Assembly (NCBI RefSeq): GCF_006345805.1
Contig: NC_043000.1
Coordinates: forward strand, 160,704,001 to 160,768,000
Length of the DNA stretch: 64,000 nucleotides
From: Octopus sinensis
Taxonomy: Eukaryota
Direction: 5' to 3'
Positions 39,183 through 51,780 of this stretch are shown one piece after another. Below the pieces are notes generated by a model. The model searched no databases, was not told the DNA's origin, and saw only the letters and a list, made by a program, of their open reading frames with translations. The position numbers and the translations under genes were made by a program. Each line of letters starts with the position of its first letter. The first letter of the stretch is position 1.

Positions 39183-40608
39183 ATCTATCTATCTATTTAT
39201 GAATCTATCTACCCACCTTCTCCCTTCCACCCTCTCCCTTCATCGTTACCCCTCCCTCGTACCCCACCCCTGCATATTCCAACCCCACCATCCCTATACA
39301 TCCCATCCCACTCCCAGTCCATCTCTCAGACCCAACACTTGCTTCCCCCACTCTTGCATCCCCCACCCCAAACACCCCCACACCACACCACACACCAATA
39401 CACCGCACACTACCATACCACATCACATCACACATCCCGCACACACTAGCGCTGACCACTTCCGAGCACCTACACCATCATCCACACACCTACACATGCA
39501 CACACGCACACGTTAAGTTTACTAGCCACCTTACACACGCACATACACGCTCTCACATACAAACACTCACGCACCTTCATTTTGGGATCACCACTATTTT
39601 ATTATCTCCCCTTCTTCCTTGCTCTCCTCTGTCCGGAATTCGGCATGATAGATCGCTAGTCACTAAACTAGAAAGTCTTGTTTCGAGCCTACGCTCTTCA
39701 AAAGAAAGAAACACGCACACACACACCTGTTCCTCTGATTTCATTTTCCTTCTCTAGTACTCCTTAATCCCTTTCCCCTCCCTTTTATCTCTCAATCTCT
39801 TGCTTTCTTTCCTCACCCTTTTGTACCTTTCTCTCTCTCCCTCTCTCTCCCTCGCATTCTGTGATTCCCCTTCGCATTATTTGATCTGATTTCTTTCCCC
39901 TCTCTCCTATTCCTTAATCCCTCTGCCTTCTTCAACTCCTCCCCTCCTCTACCACGTGATCGCTGTCCGGTTCATGCAATGTCGTTCCTTTTCGTCTGAT
40001 CGCCTTTGAGGTCAGTCGCATCTGTTCTATTCTGTCTCGCTACCCGGTCAGTTATGATTTTTTCATTTCCCTTCTCCTTACACTAGCTTACTAAACTGTC
40101 TGACAGTAGAAAGACTCTCTTTTGATTTATATTTGTTGTATAGCAGAAGAGCTTTTGCCCATTGTATATGTATAATTCTATTATTTATGTTACTTTTGTT
40201 CGATAGCCGAAAGACTTGTTGTTATTTCCTTGTGTTTCGACATGTGCATTCGATAGTCTTGCTCAAGGGTTTGATGCCTTCAGCTTAAGGCCTTGGCCCA
40301 AGTGGTTTCGAGTAGTATCGGAGACGATTGGGCGAAACCACGTGGACATTCGAGACTCCGACTGAAGAAGCAAGGGGCTAATGATCCACGTATCTTCTTT
40401 GCCGTAGATGTGCGATCGTCCCTTTCCTGCTTTTTATGGTTTGATAATTTTCGTTTGTTGTTTTTTTACCTTATATATATACATACACAGACATATATAA
40501 ATATATAAATATACATTATATTATTTTATTTATATATATTTATACATGCACACATAAATACATACATATATATATACTTACATACATACATACATACATA
40601 CATATATG

Positions 40609-40664
<56 letters not shown>

Positions 40665-41589
40665 TAGCAGAGATACCCGGCGTTGCCCGGTTACATTCAA
40701 TAGAAGAATTTCTGTTATATATATATGGATACACACACACACACACACTCACACAAATATATATATATTAATATAAATACATGAAAGTACATGAAGTTTG
40801 TTAAAAAAAAGGAGATCATGTATATACCTCCTGGCTGTTGAGATTATAACACCTCGTTGTAAACAATGTTCCTTGTTTTTCCTTTTGGAGCATATACAAA
40901 AAGGTTTCTTTTGGTTCCTACTCTTGAGCAGCCAACATACAGTTGCCTATGCGAGAAGCAGGGCTCTTCCAAGAGAAGACCAGCTACAGAGAGGATTTGA
41001 CCCTGAGATTTGTTAATGTACATGGCAAAGCTGACACGAAGGGGGAATTGCAGTCTTCTGAATGTAAAGGGAATTTCTGCTCCTGATGGAGTAAGAGGAA
41101 ATCTTGGAATAAAGACATCATCTCCTCCGAAAGGGGGAGAGTTACGGTTTACAATTATTTAACAAATGCAACACAACAACGTTTCCCTGACGAGGAACCA
41201 ACAAACGTGATTACACTAGTCAAAGAGTAATAATAATAACAACAAACCTTTTTAATTTATCCCCATTTATGTGAAACCACTTATTCAAGTTCAAGTCATT
41301 GATGCAATTTTATACGAATTGCTAATACACACATAATAAGGGTGAAAAATTGAATATTAATTTGATTAATATGAATTGAAAACCAGTGGTGTAGCATATA
41401 AGACCATAGCGGATCTTCTTCTAGCAAAAAGGATGACCTCTATTAATGGCTCATCCCTGTTATATAATACTTTCACTTTAATAGTTTCACACTTGCAAAG
41501 AGAAAGTAGGAGAAAGTGGGTTGGTAATAGCAGGAGAAAAGCACTTGAAATGAGAGAAGCAAATCGTAAAATATTTACTTTTCTCAAAT

Positions 41590-41754
41590 TTTTGCTTAAT
41601 TGGGGTCAAATTGAAAAAACTTTATATGCCATGACCCAATCGAATCTACTTCGAAAAACCATAGGTAAATTCCAATTGAAGAAATTCTATATTGTAGAAT
41701 TGTATTAAAAACGAACATGGTAACAGGCAGAGAAAATCTGCCTTTTATCATAAG
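41590..41754 (+). repeat. Direct repeat of 42790-42955 ending in hairpin aggcaga-N5-tctgcct (Helitron-like 3' end)
   Basis: Two ~170-bp homologous segments with a subterminal stem-loop. Confidence 0.6.
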
Positions 41755-42148
41755 ACTAGCAGTATCGCCCGGCGTTGCTCGGGTTTGTAAGGGAAATAAC
41801 TATGTAAGCATTTTTAGAGAGTTATAGCCAAAAAATAGCAAAAAAATGCATTAAAAATTGAAAAAAATTAAGGTAAATTTTTTTTAAATCGTTGACACAT
41901 CGTAGATATTTTTAGAGAGTTACTTCCCTTATATAAAAGCGGAAAAATGCATTCAAATGGAAAAATATGATGGTAATTTTTTTTTAAATCGTAGACTCAT
42001 CGTAGACGCGCGTTAATACCCAGAAGGGCTCGATATGAATCACGCTATAAGATACCCGCTTTTGGTTAAACTGCACCGCAAAATGTGGGAGTAGTTACGA
42101 ATCTAAATCGTAGAAGACAGACACACAACTTCACTCTTATATAAAGAT
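41755..42148 (+). mobile_element. Non-autonomous Helitron/Helentron-like element
   Basis: ACTAGCAGTATCGCCCGGCGTTGCTCGG 5' end, gacagacacacaac..cttatataaagat 3' end; a 5' fragment also lies at 40663-40690. Confidence 0.7.
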
Positions 42149-42299
42149 GCTTTTTTTTTCAGTCATAGAGTTAGATTTATGAAGGTCTTCAGTAGAAAAT
42201 ACTTCGAATTCTGACTCGCTGCTTGATATAATGAAATTCATATCCATTTTTTGTCAGAATTACAAATTTTGAAAACACAATAGGAACAAATTTCGGAAA

Positions 42300-42476
42300 A
42301 AAATCTCCCATAATTCACGGAATTAAAATTACACTTCGATTTTTGTACAAAACTGTATTTGAAGTGTTTACGAAGTATAATACGTGTCTTCACGAATGTA
42401 CTAAAGAGATCTACTCTGATATTCTCATTTAAATATGAATAGGTAAATTCGGGCGGTTTGGTAACGAAAGGGTTAA
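42300..42476. mobile_element. Possible piggyBac-type MITE end
   Basis: ggtaacgaaaggg followed by TTAA; no matching other end found. Confidence 0.35.
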
Positions 42477-42959
42477 ACGGATGCATACATTTATTAATAA
42501 CTATATATAAGTGTCGTCTGTTTATACATAAACACTGTTTCATACTTTCAGTTTAGTCTTCCTCAAATCACTCTGTCGCTATTTACACTCTTCCAAGAAC
42601 ATTTTCACTCACTCTTATCTCTTAGCTTGCCATACATTTTACTCATGTATCTATCAGCGTGATAGACAGGAACAAATATTACATCTAGTTTAACTTTATT
42701 CGTTGCACACTGTGTGTGTGCGTTTGCGTGTGCTGTAAACCAGACTAAGAAAAGCATTTGACATACACACCAGAATGTGAGTTTTCTGTAAATTTTGCTT
42801 AATTGGAGTTTAAATTTTAAAAACTGGACCTGGCATGACCCGATGCATTCTACTCTTAAAAATGCTAGGTGAATTGTAATTGAAGAAATCCTATATTGTA
42901 GATTTCTACAAGTGACAAAGGGAGGCAGATAAAATCTGCCTTTTATAATAAGAGATAAG

Positions 42960-43020
<61 letters not shown>

Positions 43021-43124
43021 TATATATAATAAAATATTATTAGAGACAAAACCACTATTTTGCAAAACAAACAAGGAAAGACTTAATCAATACATAAAAT
43101 TTTAATAAATAGTCAAAAAAACCG

Positions 43125-43167
43125 CCACTACAATTGTTTCTTGTCTTGATCGACAATCTTCAGGTGG
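43125..43167 (-). ncRNA. Minimal type I hammerhead ribozyme (inverted pLTR copy)
   Basis: Exact reverse complement of 49653-49695. Confidence 0.85.
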
Positions 43168-43634
43168 ACTTCCAATCTAAAATATCAATATTTTAAAATA
43201 TAAAAATAATAATTTTAAAATAATTAAAGTATGAATGAAAAAATATAAATATATAATCCATATATAACCTACATATAATCCATATATAATCAATACATAA
43301 ACAATATATAAACTAAAATAAACCTATCAACAATTAAATATAAAATATAAAATATAAAATATAAAATATAAAACAAAACAAAAAAATAATAATAATATAA
43401 TAATAAACTATGACTATTTATTAAAATTTTATGTATTGATTAAGTCTTTCCTTGTTTGTTTTGCAAAATAGTGGTTTTGTCTCTAATAATATTTTATAAT
43501 ATTTTACTATAAAATTGGATTTAATCCTAAATCTGATTTTTTCCCTGTAAATTTGGATTTATTCCCTAATATTTATTAGTTATATAATATTGATAATTTT
43601 GTATATTGAGTGTAATACCTCAATTTCGTAAATT

Positions 43635-46167
43635 ATGGATTTTACAGGTAAGATAGAACCCCTGTTTTGGGATACATCTTTGAAAGATATTCCTATTCCT
43701 TCTAGAAAGGAATTTATCTTGAAACTTGTTAATAATGTTAAAGATTTTATTTCTAGAATTAAATGGAAAGCTTTTTACTATAATTTTTATTTATTTAATG
43801 ATATTGATAGTAGGAATGATAATTTTACCTCTAAATTTAAATCTAGAAAGGAACCTCCTTTTAATAAAGAATTACAATTACTTGAAGATAGTATATGGAA
43901 GGTGGTAAAAAATATTGAATTCCATAAATACCCAAATAGAAATAATGAATATTTAAGGAATTTAGCAATTAAAATTAAAGATATGAGAAATATGGATGGT
44001 ATTATAGTACAATCTGATAAAACAAGGAACCTATATAAATTAGATGTTAAATTATATGATAAACTATTAGGAAAAGAAATAATTAAAAAATATAAAATTG
44101 TTCCAGATGATATTCTTTATAATATTAATAAGGCCTCTAAAGTAGTAATGTTAAAATATGAGTTGGATAATAAAACTGAACCTTATGTACCTTTGCACCC
44201 CATAATTACTCTTAAGACCATAAAGATAATTTTTATTCAGACCCTAAAGTTAGATTAATTTGCCCATGTAAATCGGACCTAGGTAAATTAAGTAAATTTA
44301 TTTTAGATAAATATATTGATAAGTTAAATAAACTTAATTATTTAAAATTATGGTTTAGTAATAATAATACATTGAAATGGTTTAATAATATTAAAGATAA
44401 AAATCGTTATAAATTTATTCAAATAGATATAGATAATTATTATTCTTCTATTAATGAAATTGTGTTTAATAAAGCGCTTAATTTCGCAATGAATAAAGTG
44501 GGTATGTCACGGGAAGAAGTTAATGTAATTAAAATGGCTAGGAAATCGCTAATTAAATATAAAAATAAATTATGGGCTAGGAATGATACTAGAGATTGTT
44601 TTGATATACCTATGGGAGCACCAGATTCTGCACAGGCTACTGATTTAGTAGGTATTTTTCTTTTATCTGAACTCCAATTAGAAAATCTTAAGATAGAGGG
44701 TGGTTTATATAGAGACGATCTTCTACTAGTTACAAAGAATTGTACTAATAGGAATCTAGAAGTATATAAGAAAAAACTATATAGTTTCTTTAAAAGATAT
44801 GGTTTAAGTATTACTATATATAAGGAGAATTATAATGCTAATTATTTAGATGTTAATTTTAATCTTATTGCAGGTAAAACACAACCATATCATAAACTTA
44901 ATGAGAACCTTAGATATATAAATGTTAATAGTAATCACCCATTTTCTATTAAAAAATCGTTGATTAATAATATAAGTAAACGTATTTCATTACTCTCTTA
45001 TGATATAGAGATTTTTAATAAACATGCTAATTATTATAATGAGGCCCTTAGAGGGGCAGGTTATAATAGGAATATTAAATTTTATAATATTAGTGATAAA
45101 GATTTAATTGATAATTTTCGAGATACTTCTAATAATAATTATAATTTTGTTAGGTTTAGTGGTAAAAATAATAGATATTATAAAAAAAATAATAAAAATG
45201 ATAAAAATATAAATAAGAATAATAATAATAATAATAAATATAATAATAATAATATAAATAAGAATAATAAAAATAAAAATAAATTTAATAATTATTATAA
45301 TAATTATATTGATAAAATTAATAATATTAATAATTCCTTAAATACTGTACATAGATATAATTTTGATAATAATTTTAATAAAATAAAGAATTATAAATAT
45401 ATTTATAATAATGATAATAATAATAAGGTTATTAAGAATAAAATATGGTTAATAGTTCCTTATGGTTAATAGATCCTTATGGAGATCAAGTAAAAACGAA
45501 TATTATTAAAGAGATTTTAGATGTTATAGAACTATTTATTAGAGATAATCGTAAATATAGAAACATTTTCTCTTTTAATAATTTTGGAGTTGGTTATTCT
45601 ACCACTAATAATGTTGGTAACATTATTTCTTCATTTAATAAATATAAACTGAATAATTTTTATAAAAAGAAATTATTTGATAATAATATTAATAATGATA
45701 AGACTTATATTAATTGTACATGTAGAGATAAAGCTAATTGTATATTAAATAATAATTGTGATATTAACGATGTAGTGTATAAATGTATAGTTACATTACA
45801 TGATAATAACTTTAAGAATAATAATTACCCAAAAGCGGTTTATATAGGTTCTACTTCCTCAAAAATAAAACTAAGAATCGCACAACATATGAATTCTTTT
45901 AAAAATAAAAACTTAATCAACTCAACCGGACTTAGTAAGTACATTTGGAGTCTTAAATCACTAAATATTAATTATAGTTTAATTTGGGAAATAATTTGTA
46001 AAACTAAATCATATACTATAGGAGCTAATTGTTGTTATTTATGCTCTAATGAGTTTAAAGAAATTTTATTTTATAAGTATGATAATTTACTTAATACTGG
46101 TGAAGAGCGCAAAATAAAATGCAGACATAAGTTACTTTACCTATATAATAAGTTTCATGATAAATAG
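43635..46167 (+). pseudogene. PLE polyprotein (RT plus GIY-YIG endonuclease), ~840 aa, two frameshifts
   Basis: SLKDIPIPSRKEF..IKWKAF; ITLK/DHKDNF..RLICPCKSDLGK; FIQIDIDNYYSSI; MGAPDSAQATDLVG; LYRDD; YINVNSNHP; CTCRDKANC..C..VVYKC..YIGST..R..H; CYLC..CRH. Frameshifts: -1 nt at ~44214 and a 17-bp duplication at 45444-45477. Confidence 0.92.
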
Positions 46168-46169
46168 CA

Positions 46170-49100
46170 ATAATAGTTCCCTATTAGGTTACTTTAGTTT
46201 AGTTTAAATTAGTTTAGATAATATATTTTTTGGTTATGTAGTCTAGGCTTTAATTATAGTTAGTCTTTATTGATATTTCTTTGTTTTAATTAGTTCACTT
46301 TTAATGTATATTAATATAACAGTTTATGGTATGTTAAAACTTTAATAATTTATATTAGATTTTTTTATTTTCTTTATTTATATATTTTTTTTTTTTATTT
46401 TATTTTATTATGTATTTTTATTATGCATTTGTTATATGTATTTTGGAGGATATATTTATATGTTGATGGGTGTTATTTAGTGGTGTTTTTATTGAGTTTT
46501 GTATGTATGTGTGAATGTTTACGATCCCTTTGTTTTTTGTTTTTTATTTGGTATGTTGAATTGACAGATTTTATTTGGGTATTGTCTGTTATAATAAAGT
46601 ATACACACCCATAACAAATATAAGTGCCCACTTCATTCGCGCGTACCTGGAATTGCATGTGAGCCTCAACATATACACCAAACGGCCACTCCCGCCCTAT
46701 ACGGACAAATAAACACATACATCCCCAAAAATGGGCGTAATCCCACTCACACCAATCATATGTATACAATTATACACACTAGAATAATACATAACTAACC
46801 CAAATATACAGAACATATTAAAAATCACCAACACAAATGAAACCTACACCCATACAATGACAAAACTCCCCCTCTATACCCAATTTACACCCACATAGCA
46901 ATCCCAATATATTCATCCATACATGGACGCACGTGCGTGAAGCACATGCACACAATAAATACGTACAACCCCCCAATACACACTCATATACATACGTATC
47001 AAGCTCGACATCCACAGCAATATACTTACACCTACTCACACCCAGATGGGTGAATTGCACAACCAGGGAACGCACACACACACGTGTGCGTATTTTGATT
47101 GTGCAACTCGCCCATATGCATGTATGCGGGCGCGATTACATTGTTGCACATATCGAGCCCAACTAGCATGCATATGTACATGTGAGGGGGTACACGTACA
47201 TGCCGTGCGCGTGTACCCCCTGCATTTATACCCGTGCGTGAATATACACATGGAGACTACCACACAGGTACAAATGTGTATAGTAATGGGAGCCCCATCA
47301 CTACACTCAATGTATACTCTCACCCATCCGCACGGATTGAAAGCGAATCTCCGGTGTATATGTTGAGGCTTATATGTAGCGCTGTGGAGTTGAACGTCGT
47401 TGAAATTGTGAATGAATGGGTGGAGTTGGGAATTGTAACCGGGTGGTGGGCTAGCGTTGCTTGGAATTGGGAATGGAATAGTGTAGTAGTAAGGCAGGTA
47501 TCGAGAATAGATATGGGTTACTGCAAGTTGTTTGTTAGAGCTGCTAAGATGAGCTAAAGCTCATAATTGTATATAATAATTTATTATGGTAGTTTTATTA
47601 AAGAATCCATTCATAATAAATTTTTTTAAGTAGTGTTGGTTTGCCACGTGGATATAGTTTTTAGTTCCATTTATTCTATTTCTCCATTCATAATTTTAAA
47701 TGACGTTTACTTTCCATGGCGCGTATTCTTTTTTTACATAAGTTATATTTCTATGGTAACGTAATTTTGGTTTGGTTTTTTTAACGGCTAAGAATTTAAT
47801 TTCACTTCATAATTTGAAACTGACTTGTAAGTATGTATTTTATTTCTCCTTATGTCATATTGTTATTTTTGATATTCTGGTTAATTACGATGTATTTAAT
47901 GTTGTTTTTTATTGGAGTGTTTATGTATATGAGATTGTGTGTGAGTTTTTAGTTGTATAATTTTTTTATCTGTATGAGTGTGGGTGTGTAAATATTGTTG
48001 TATATATCGAGTTTAGTGAGTATGTATATGCGTATATGTGAGGGAGTATATGTATCTGTTGTGTGTGTGTGTTTTGCGTGTGTGTGTGTTTGTGTGTGAA
48101 TGTGTATATGGGTTTGTTATTTAGGTTTTGGGATGTATGTGTTAATTTGTCTGTGTGGGGAGGGAGTGGGTTTTTGGTGTATATTGAGGTTTATAAGTTA
48201 GTATAGGTATGTGTATACGTCGTAGGTCTGTGGTTTACGTGTGTGTTTTTTGTGTGTGAATGTTTAGGTTAGGGGGATTGCTATATAGGTTTGTTATAGA
48301 GTTTAGCAAAGGGAGATTTTATCGTTATATGTTTTTAAGAGTTTTGGTTTATCATGGTTTTTTTTAGGGAATTCGTGGTAATTTGTCTATTTTCGATGTT
48401 TGTTGTTTTATTACATTGTTTCATTCATAATTTTTGAGTGGTGTTCGTTTTGCCACGTGAATATTATTTTTAATTCCATTTATTCCATTTCTCCATTCAT
48501 TATTTTAAAAGATGTTCGTTTCCAGAGCGGTTATACTTTTTATACATATGTTAAGTTCCTTGGTAAAGTAATTTTGTTTGGTGTATATGTTGAGGCTTAT
48601 ATGTACTTGTGGGTGTGTGTGAGTGGGGTGGGTGTTTGTATTTGTTATGGGTGTGTGGTTTACGTGTGTGTATTTGTGTGTGAATGTATAGGTTAAAGGG
48701 ATTGCTATATAAGTATGTTATAGTGTTTAGTAAAGGGAGGTTTTATCATTTATGTTTTGTGAGTTTTAGCTTATCATGGTAGTTTTATAAAAGAATCCAT
48801 TCATAATTTTTGTGTTTATTTGTCTGTGTGGGGTTGAGTGGGTTTTTAGAGTATATGTTGAGGTTTATATGTATGTATAGGTATGTGTAAGTGGCGTGGG
48901 TATTAGTATATGTCGTGGGTGTGTGGTTTACGTGTGTGTATTTGTGTGTGAATGTTTAGGTTAGGGGGATTGCTATATAGGTATGTTATAGAGTTTAGTA
49001 AAGGGAGATTTTATCATTATATGTTTTTATGAGTTTTGGTTTATCATGGTAGGTTTGTTAAGGAATTCGTAGTAATTTGTGTCTATTTGCGATGTCTGTT

Positions 49101-49415
49101 GTTTTATTGCATTGTTTCATTCATAATTTTTAAGTAGTGTTCGTTTTACCAAGTGAATATAATTTTAATTCCATTTATTCCATTTCTCCGTTCATAATTT
49201 TAAGTGATGTCCGTTTTCTAGGGCGTGAATGTGGGTTGTATGTGTGTGTGTGTGGGAGTATGAATAAGTATTGTGTTGAAGTATTTAGCTATTTTATTTA
49301 TAGTTGCCTAGACGTTTTTATGTGTATGTATAGGGATATATATATAGGGGTGTGATTTAGTGTATGTAGTTAGATATGTTTATATATAATTAGGTATATG
49401 TGTATGGGTGTATAT
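46170..49415 (+). repeat. Long G/T-skewed PLE 3' region with diverged tandem units and an internal inverted, C/A-rich segment
   Basis: Homologous units at ~47540/48340/49030 and ~48175/48580/48850; 46600-47050 is an inverted homolog of 47970-48660. Confidence 0.8.
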
Positions 49416-49652
49416 ATAGTTTATTATTATATTATTATTATTTTTTTGTTTTCTTTTATATTTTATATTTTATATTTTATATTTAATTGTTGATAGGTTT
49501 ATTTTAGTTTATATATTGCTTATATATTGATTATATATTGATTATATATAGGTTATATATGGATTATATATTTATATTTTTTCATTCATACTTTAATTAT
49601 TTTAAAATTATTATTTTTATATTTTAAAATATTGATATTTTAGATTGGAAGT

Positions 49653-49695
49653 CCACCTGAAGATTGTCGATCAAGACAAGAAACAATTGTAGTGG
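49653..49695 (+). ncRNA. Minimal type I hammerhead ribozyme of the PLE pLTR
   Basis: CCAC CTGAAGA TTGTC-gatcaa-GACAA GAAA CAATTG TA GTGG; predicted cut after A49691 (GUA); palindromic stem III ACAATTGT. Confidence 0.88.
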
Positions 49696-49868
49696 CGGTT
49701 TTTTTGACTATTTATTAAAATTTTATGTATTGATTAAGTCTTTCCTTGTTTGTTTTGCAAAATAGTGGTTTTGTCTCTAATAATATTTTATAATATTTTA
49801 CTATAAAATTGGATTTAATCCTAAATCTGATTTTTTCCCTGTAAATTTGGATTTATTCCCTAATATTT

Positions 49869-49900
<32 letters not shown>

Positions 49901-49904
49901 TATA

Positions 49905-49935
<31 letters not shown>

Positions 49936-49971
49936 CTATATATATATATATATATATATATTGCTTCCTAA

Positions 49972-50610
49972 GTTCAGTCCCACCGCGTGATACGCTGAGC
50001 GAGTGTCTTCTACTATAGCCTCGGACCCACCAAAGCCTTGTCAGTGGATTTAGTACACTGAAAGAAGCCGGTTATATATATATATATATATATATCATTT
50101 GACTGCGGCTATGCTAGAGCTCCGCTTTTAGTCGAACAAATCGCCCCCAGGACTTATTCTTGGTAAGCTTAGTACTTACTCTGTCGGTCCTTTTTGCCGA
50201 ACCGCTAAGTTACGGGAAAGTGAACACACAAACATCGGTTGTCAAGCGATGGTGGGGTGAGCAAACACAGACATGCAAACATACACACACACACATATAA
50301 GACGGGCTTCTTTCAGTTTCTGTCTACCAAATCCACCCACAAGGCTTTGGTGGGTCCGAGGCTATACTAAAAACACTGCTTAAGTTAATCTGAACTCGGA
50401 ACCATGTCATTGGTAGGCAAGCTACTTACAACACAGCTACTCTTGTACCTATATATATATATATATGTATGTATGTATTTATGTATATATTTCTGTGTCT
50501 GTGTTTGTGCCCCAACCTCGCTTAGCAACCGATGTTAGTGTGTTTATATAATTGTAACTTAGAAGTTTGACAAATGTATCTGATAGTATAAGTACTAGGA
50601 TTACAAAGAA
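49972..50610. mobile_element. Cluster of SINE family A pieces in both orientations
   Basis: Plus fragment 49972-50072, minus copy 50096-50445, plus fragment 50500-50610. Confidence 0.8.
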
Positions 50611-51780
50611 TTAGTTGAGGGCTTACAGCTGTTTCTGGGATGTCTCAAATGATTGGCGAGTATGCCTGAATAGGATGTATTCCCTCATCAGAATCAAGTA
50701 GAGGACACGAGAAAGCTCTAGACATGGAAATATCCAGATAAAAGATCTAAATATGGGTAAATTGCAGATAATAAGTAATGAAATAGAAGAGTAGAGAGTA
50801 AGGAAATAAGGAAAAAAGTTCACAATTCAATTTTGACAGGGTATGGTTGTTAGTCTGTATGTATTTATGTAAAATCCAAGGTAAATCTAGACAGTATTAC
50901 GGTAAAATATCAGTAGTATGTTCACTGCATAAATATCGAGGCCATATTTTGGCAAAAATGGGAATGGTATGTTTATTTTGAGATGACTGTTTTGTGACGG
51001 TGGATGGGGAAGGAGAAAGAGAAAGAAAGGAAACGAGAGAGAGAATGAAAAAGAAAGAAAGGGAAAGAGAGGTTAATGTGGTGAGACAGAGAGAGAGAGA
51101 GAGAGAGAAATAAATGGGGGAGCCGCTGGTGATAGAGAGAGGAGGAAGGTAAGTGATAGGGTATTAGCAAGGATTGGTCAGAAGTATTGGCTTGAAGAAT
51201 AAAAATATAGAGTAGAAAAATTAAAAGATATGATAAACTAAAAAATATAAAAAGGAACAAATTGTAAAAGTAAGGGTCCAGATAAAAGCAGATGGAGGAA
51301 GATAATGGAGGATAAAAATAAAAGAAAATAATTAATAAAAAGAATGAAGGAGAATAGGAAAATAAAGAGAAAGATAGATAAGATGTCAGTACTATTCCTC
51401 AAGTTTAGGGTTGGGGCAGTAAATATTTGTGTTTGTTTTATAGATGAAGTTCCAGTTGGTTATGGTTCATAGCTATAGATATATTCCTACGTATGGGGGT
51501 ATGGGTATATTGATGAATAGGGGAGCAGGCACGAATGGAGAAGCCAGTTAAATATTTGCTAAGGAATAACAGTTACTATTTAAGATTTGTAGATCTAAGA
51601 GGTTAAGGTTTAAAGTTTAAGAGATTAAATTAAAACCCGCAGGTTAAAGTAAATAATTCTAAGGTACTAATGTTAATGGAGAAAATAACGAAAGGATAGA
51701 CATAGGTATATACAGTACTGGAAACATTAAGATTTTTAGAAAACACTTTATACTTTGCTTGGTTGGTTATTTAACTGAGA

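Larger units (their letters stand above)
43029..49872 (+). mobile_element. Near-complete Penelope-like retroelement (RT plus C-terminal GIY-YIG) inserted in (TA)n
   Basis: 168-bp direct pLTR 43411-43578 / 49705-49872; inverted partial copy 43029-43411 matches 49416-49791; ORF remnants 43635-46167; HHR motifs; (TA)n on both flanks. Confidence 0.93.

Noticed and set aside
40858-41153. TGTAAAC...GTTTACA ends and a PPT-like aaagggggaga suggesting an LTR piece
   Set aside because: No TSD, no partner LTR and no retroviral coding motif; the two cues contradict each other on LTR position
48267-48966. ttaggg motifs in the PLE 3' region
   Set aside because: Single isolated hexamers within duplicated G/T-rich units, not telomeric arrays
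47540-49220. Repeat-spacer-like pattern suggesting CRISPR
   Set aside because: Units are long, diverged and irregular, the context is eukaryotic and no cas genes are present
50950-51760. Purine-rich tract with a possible minus-strand PLE endonuclease tail
   Set aside because: Only vague resemblance, with multiple stops and no diagnostic motif
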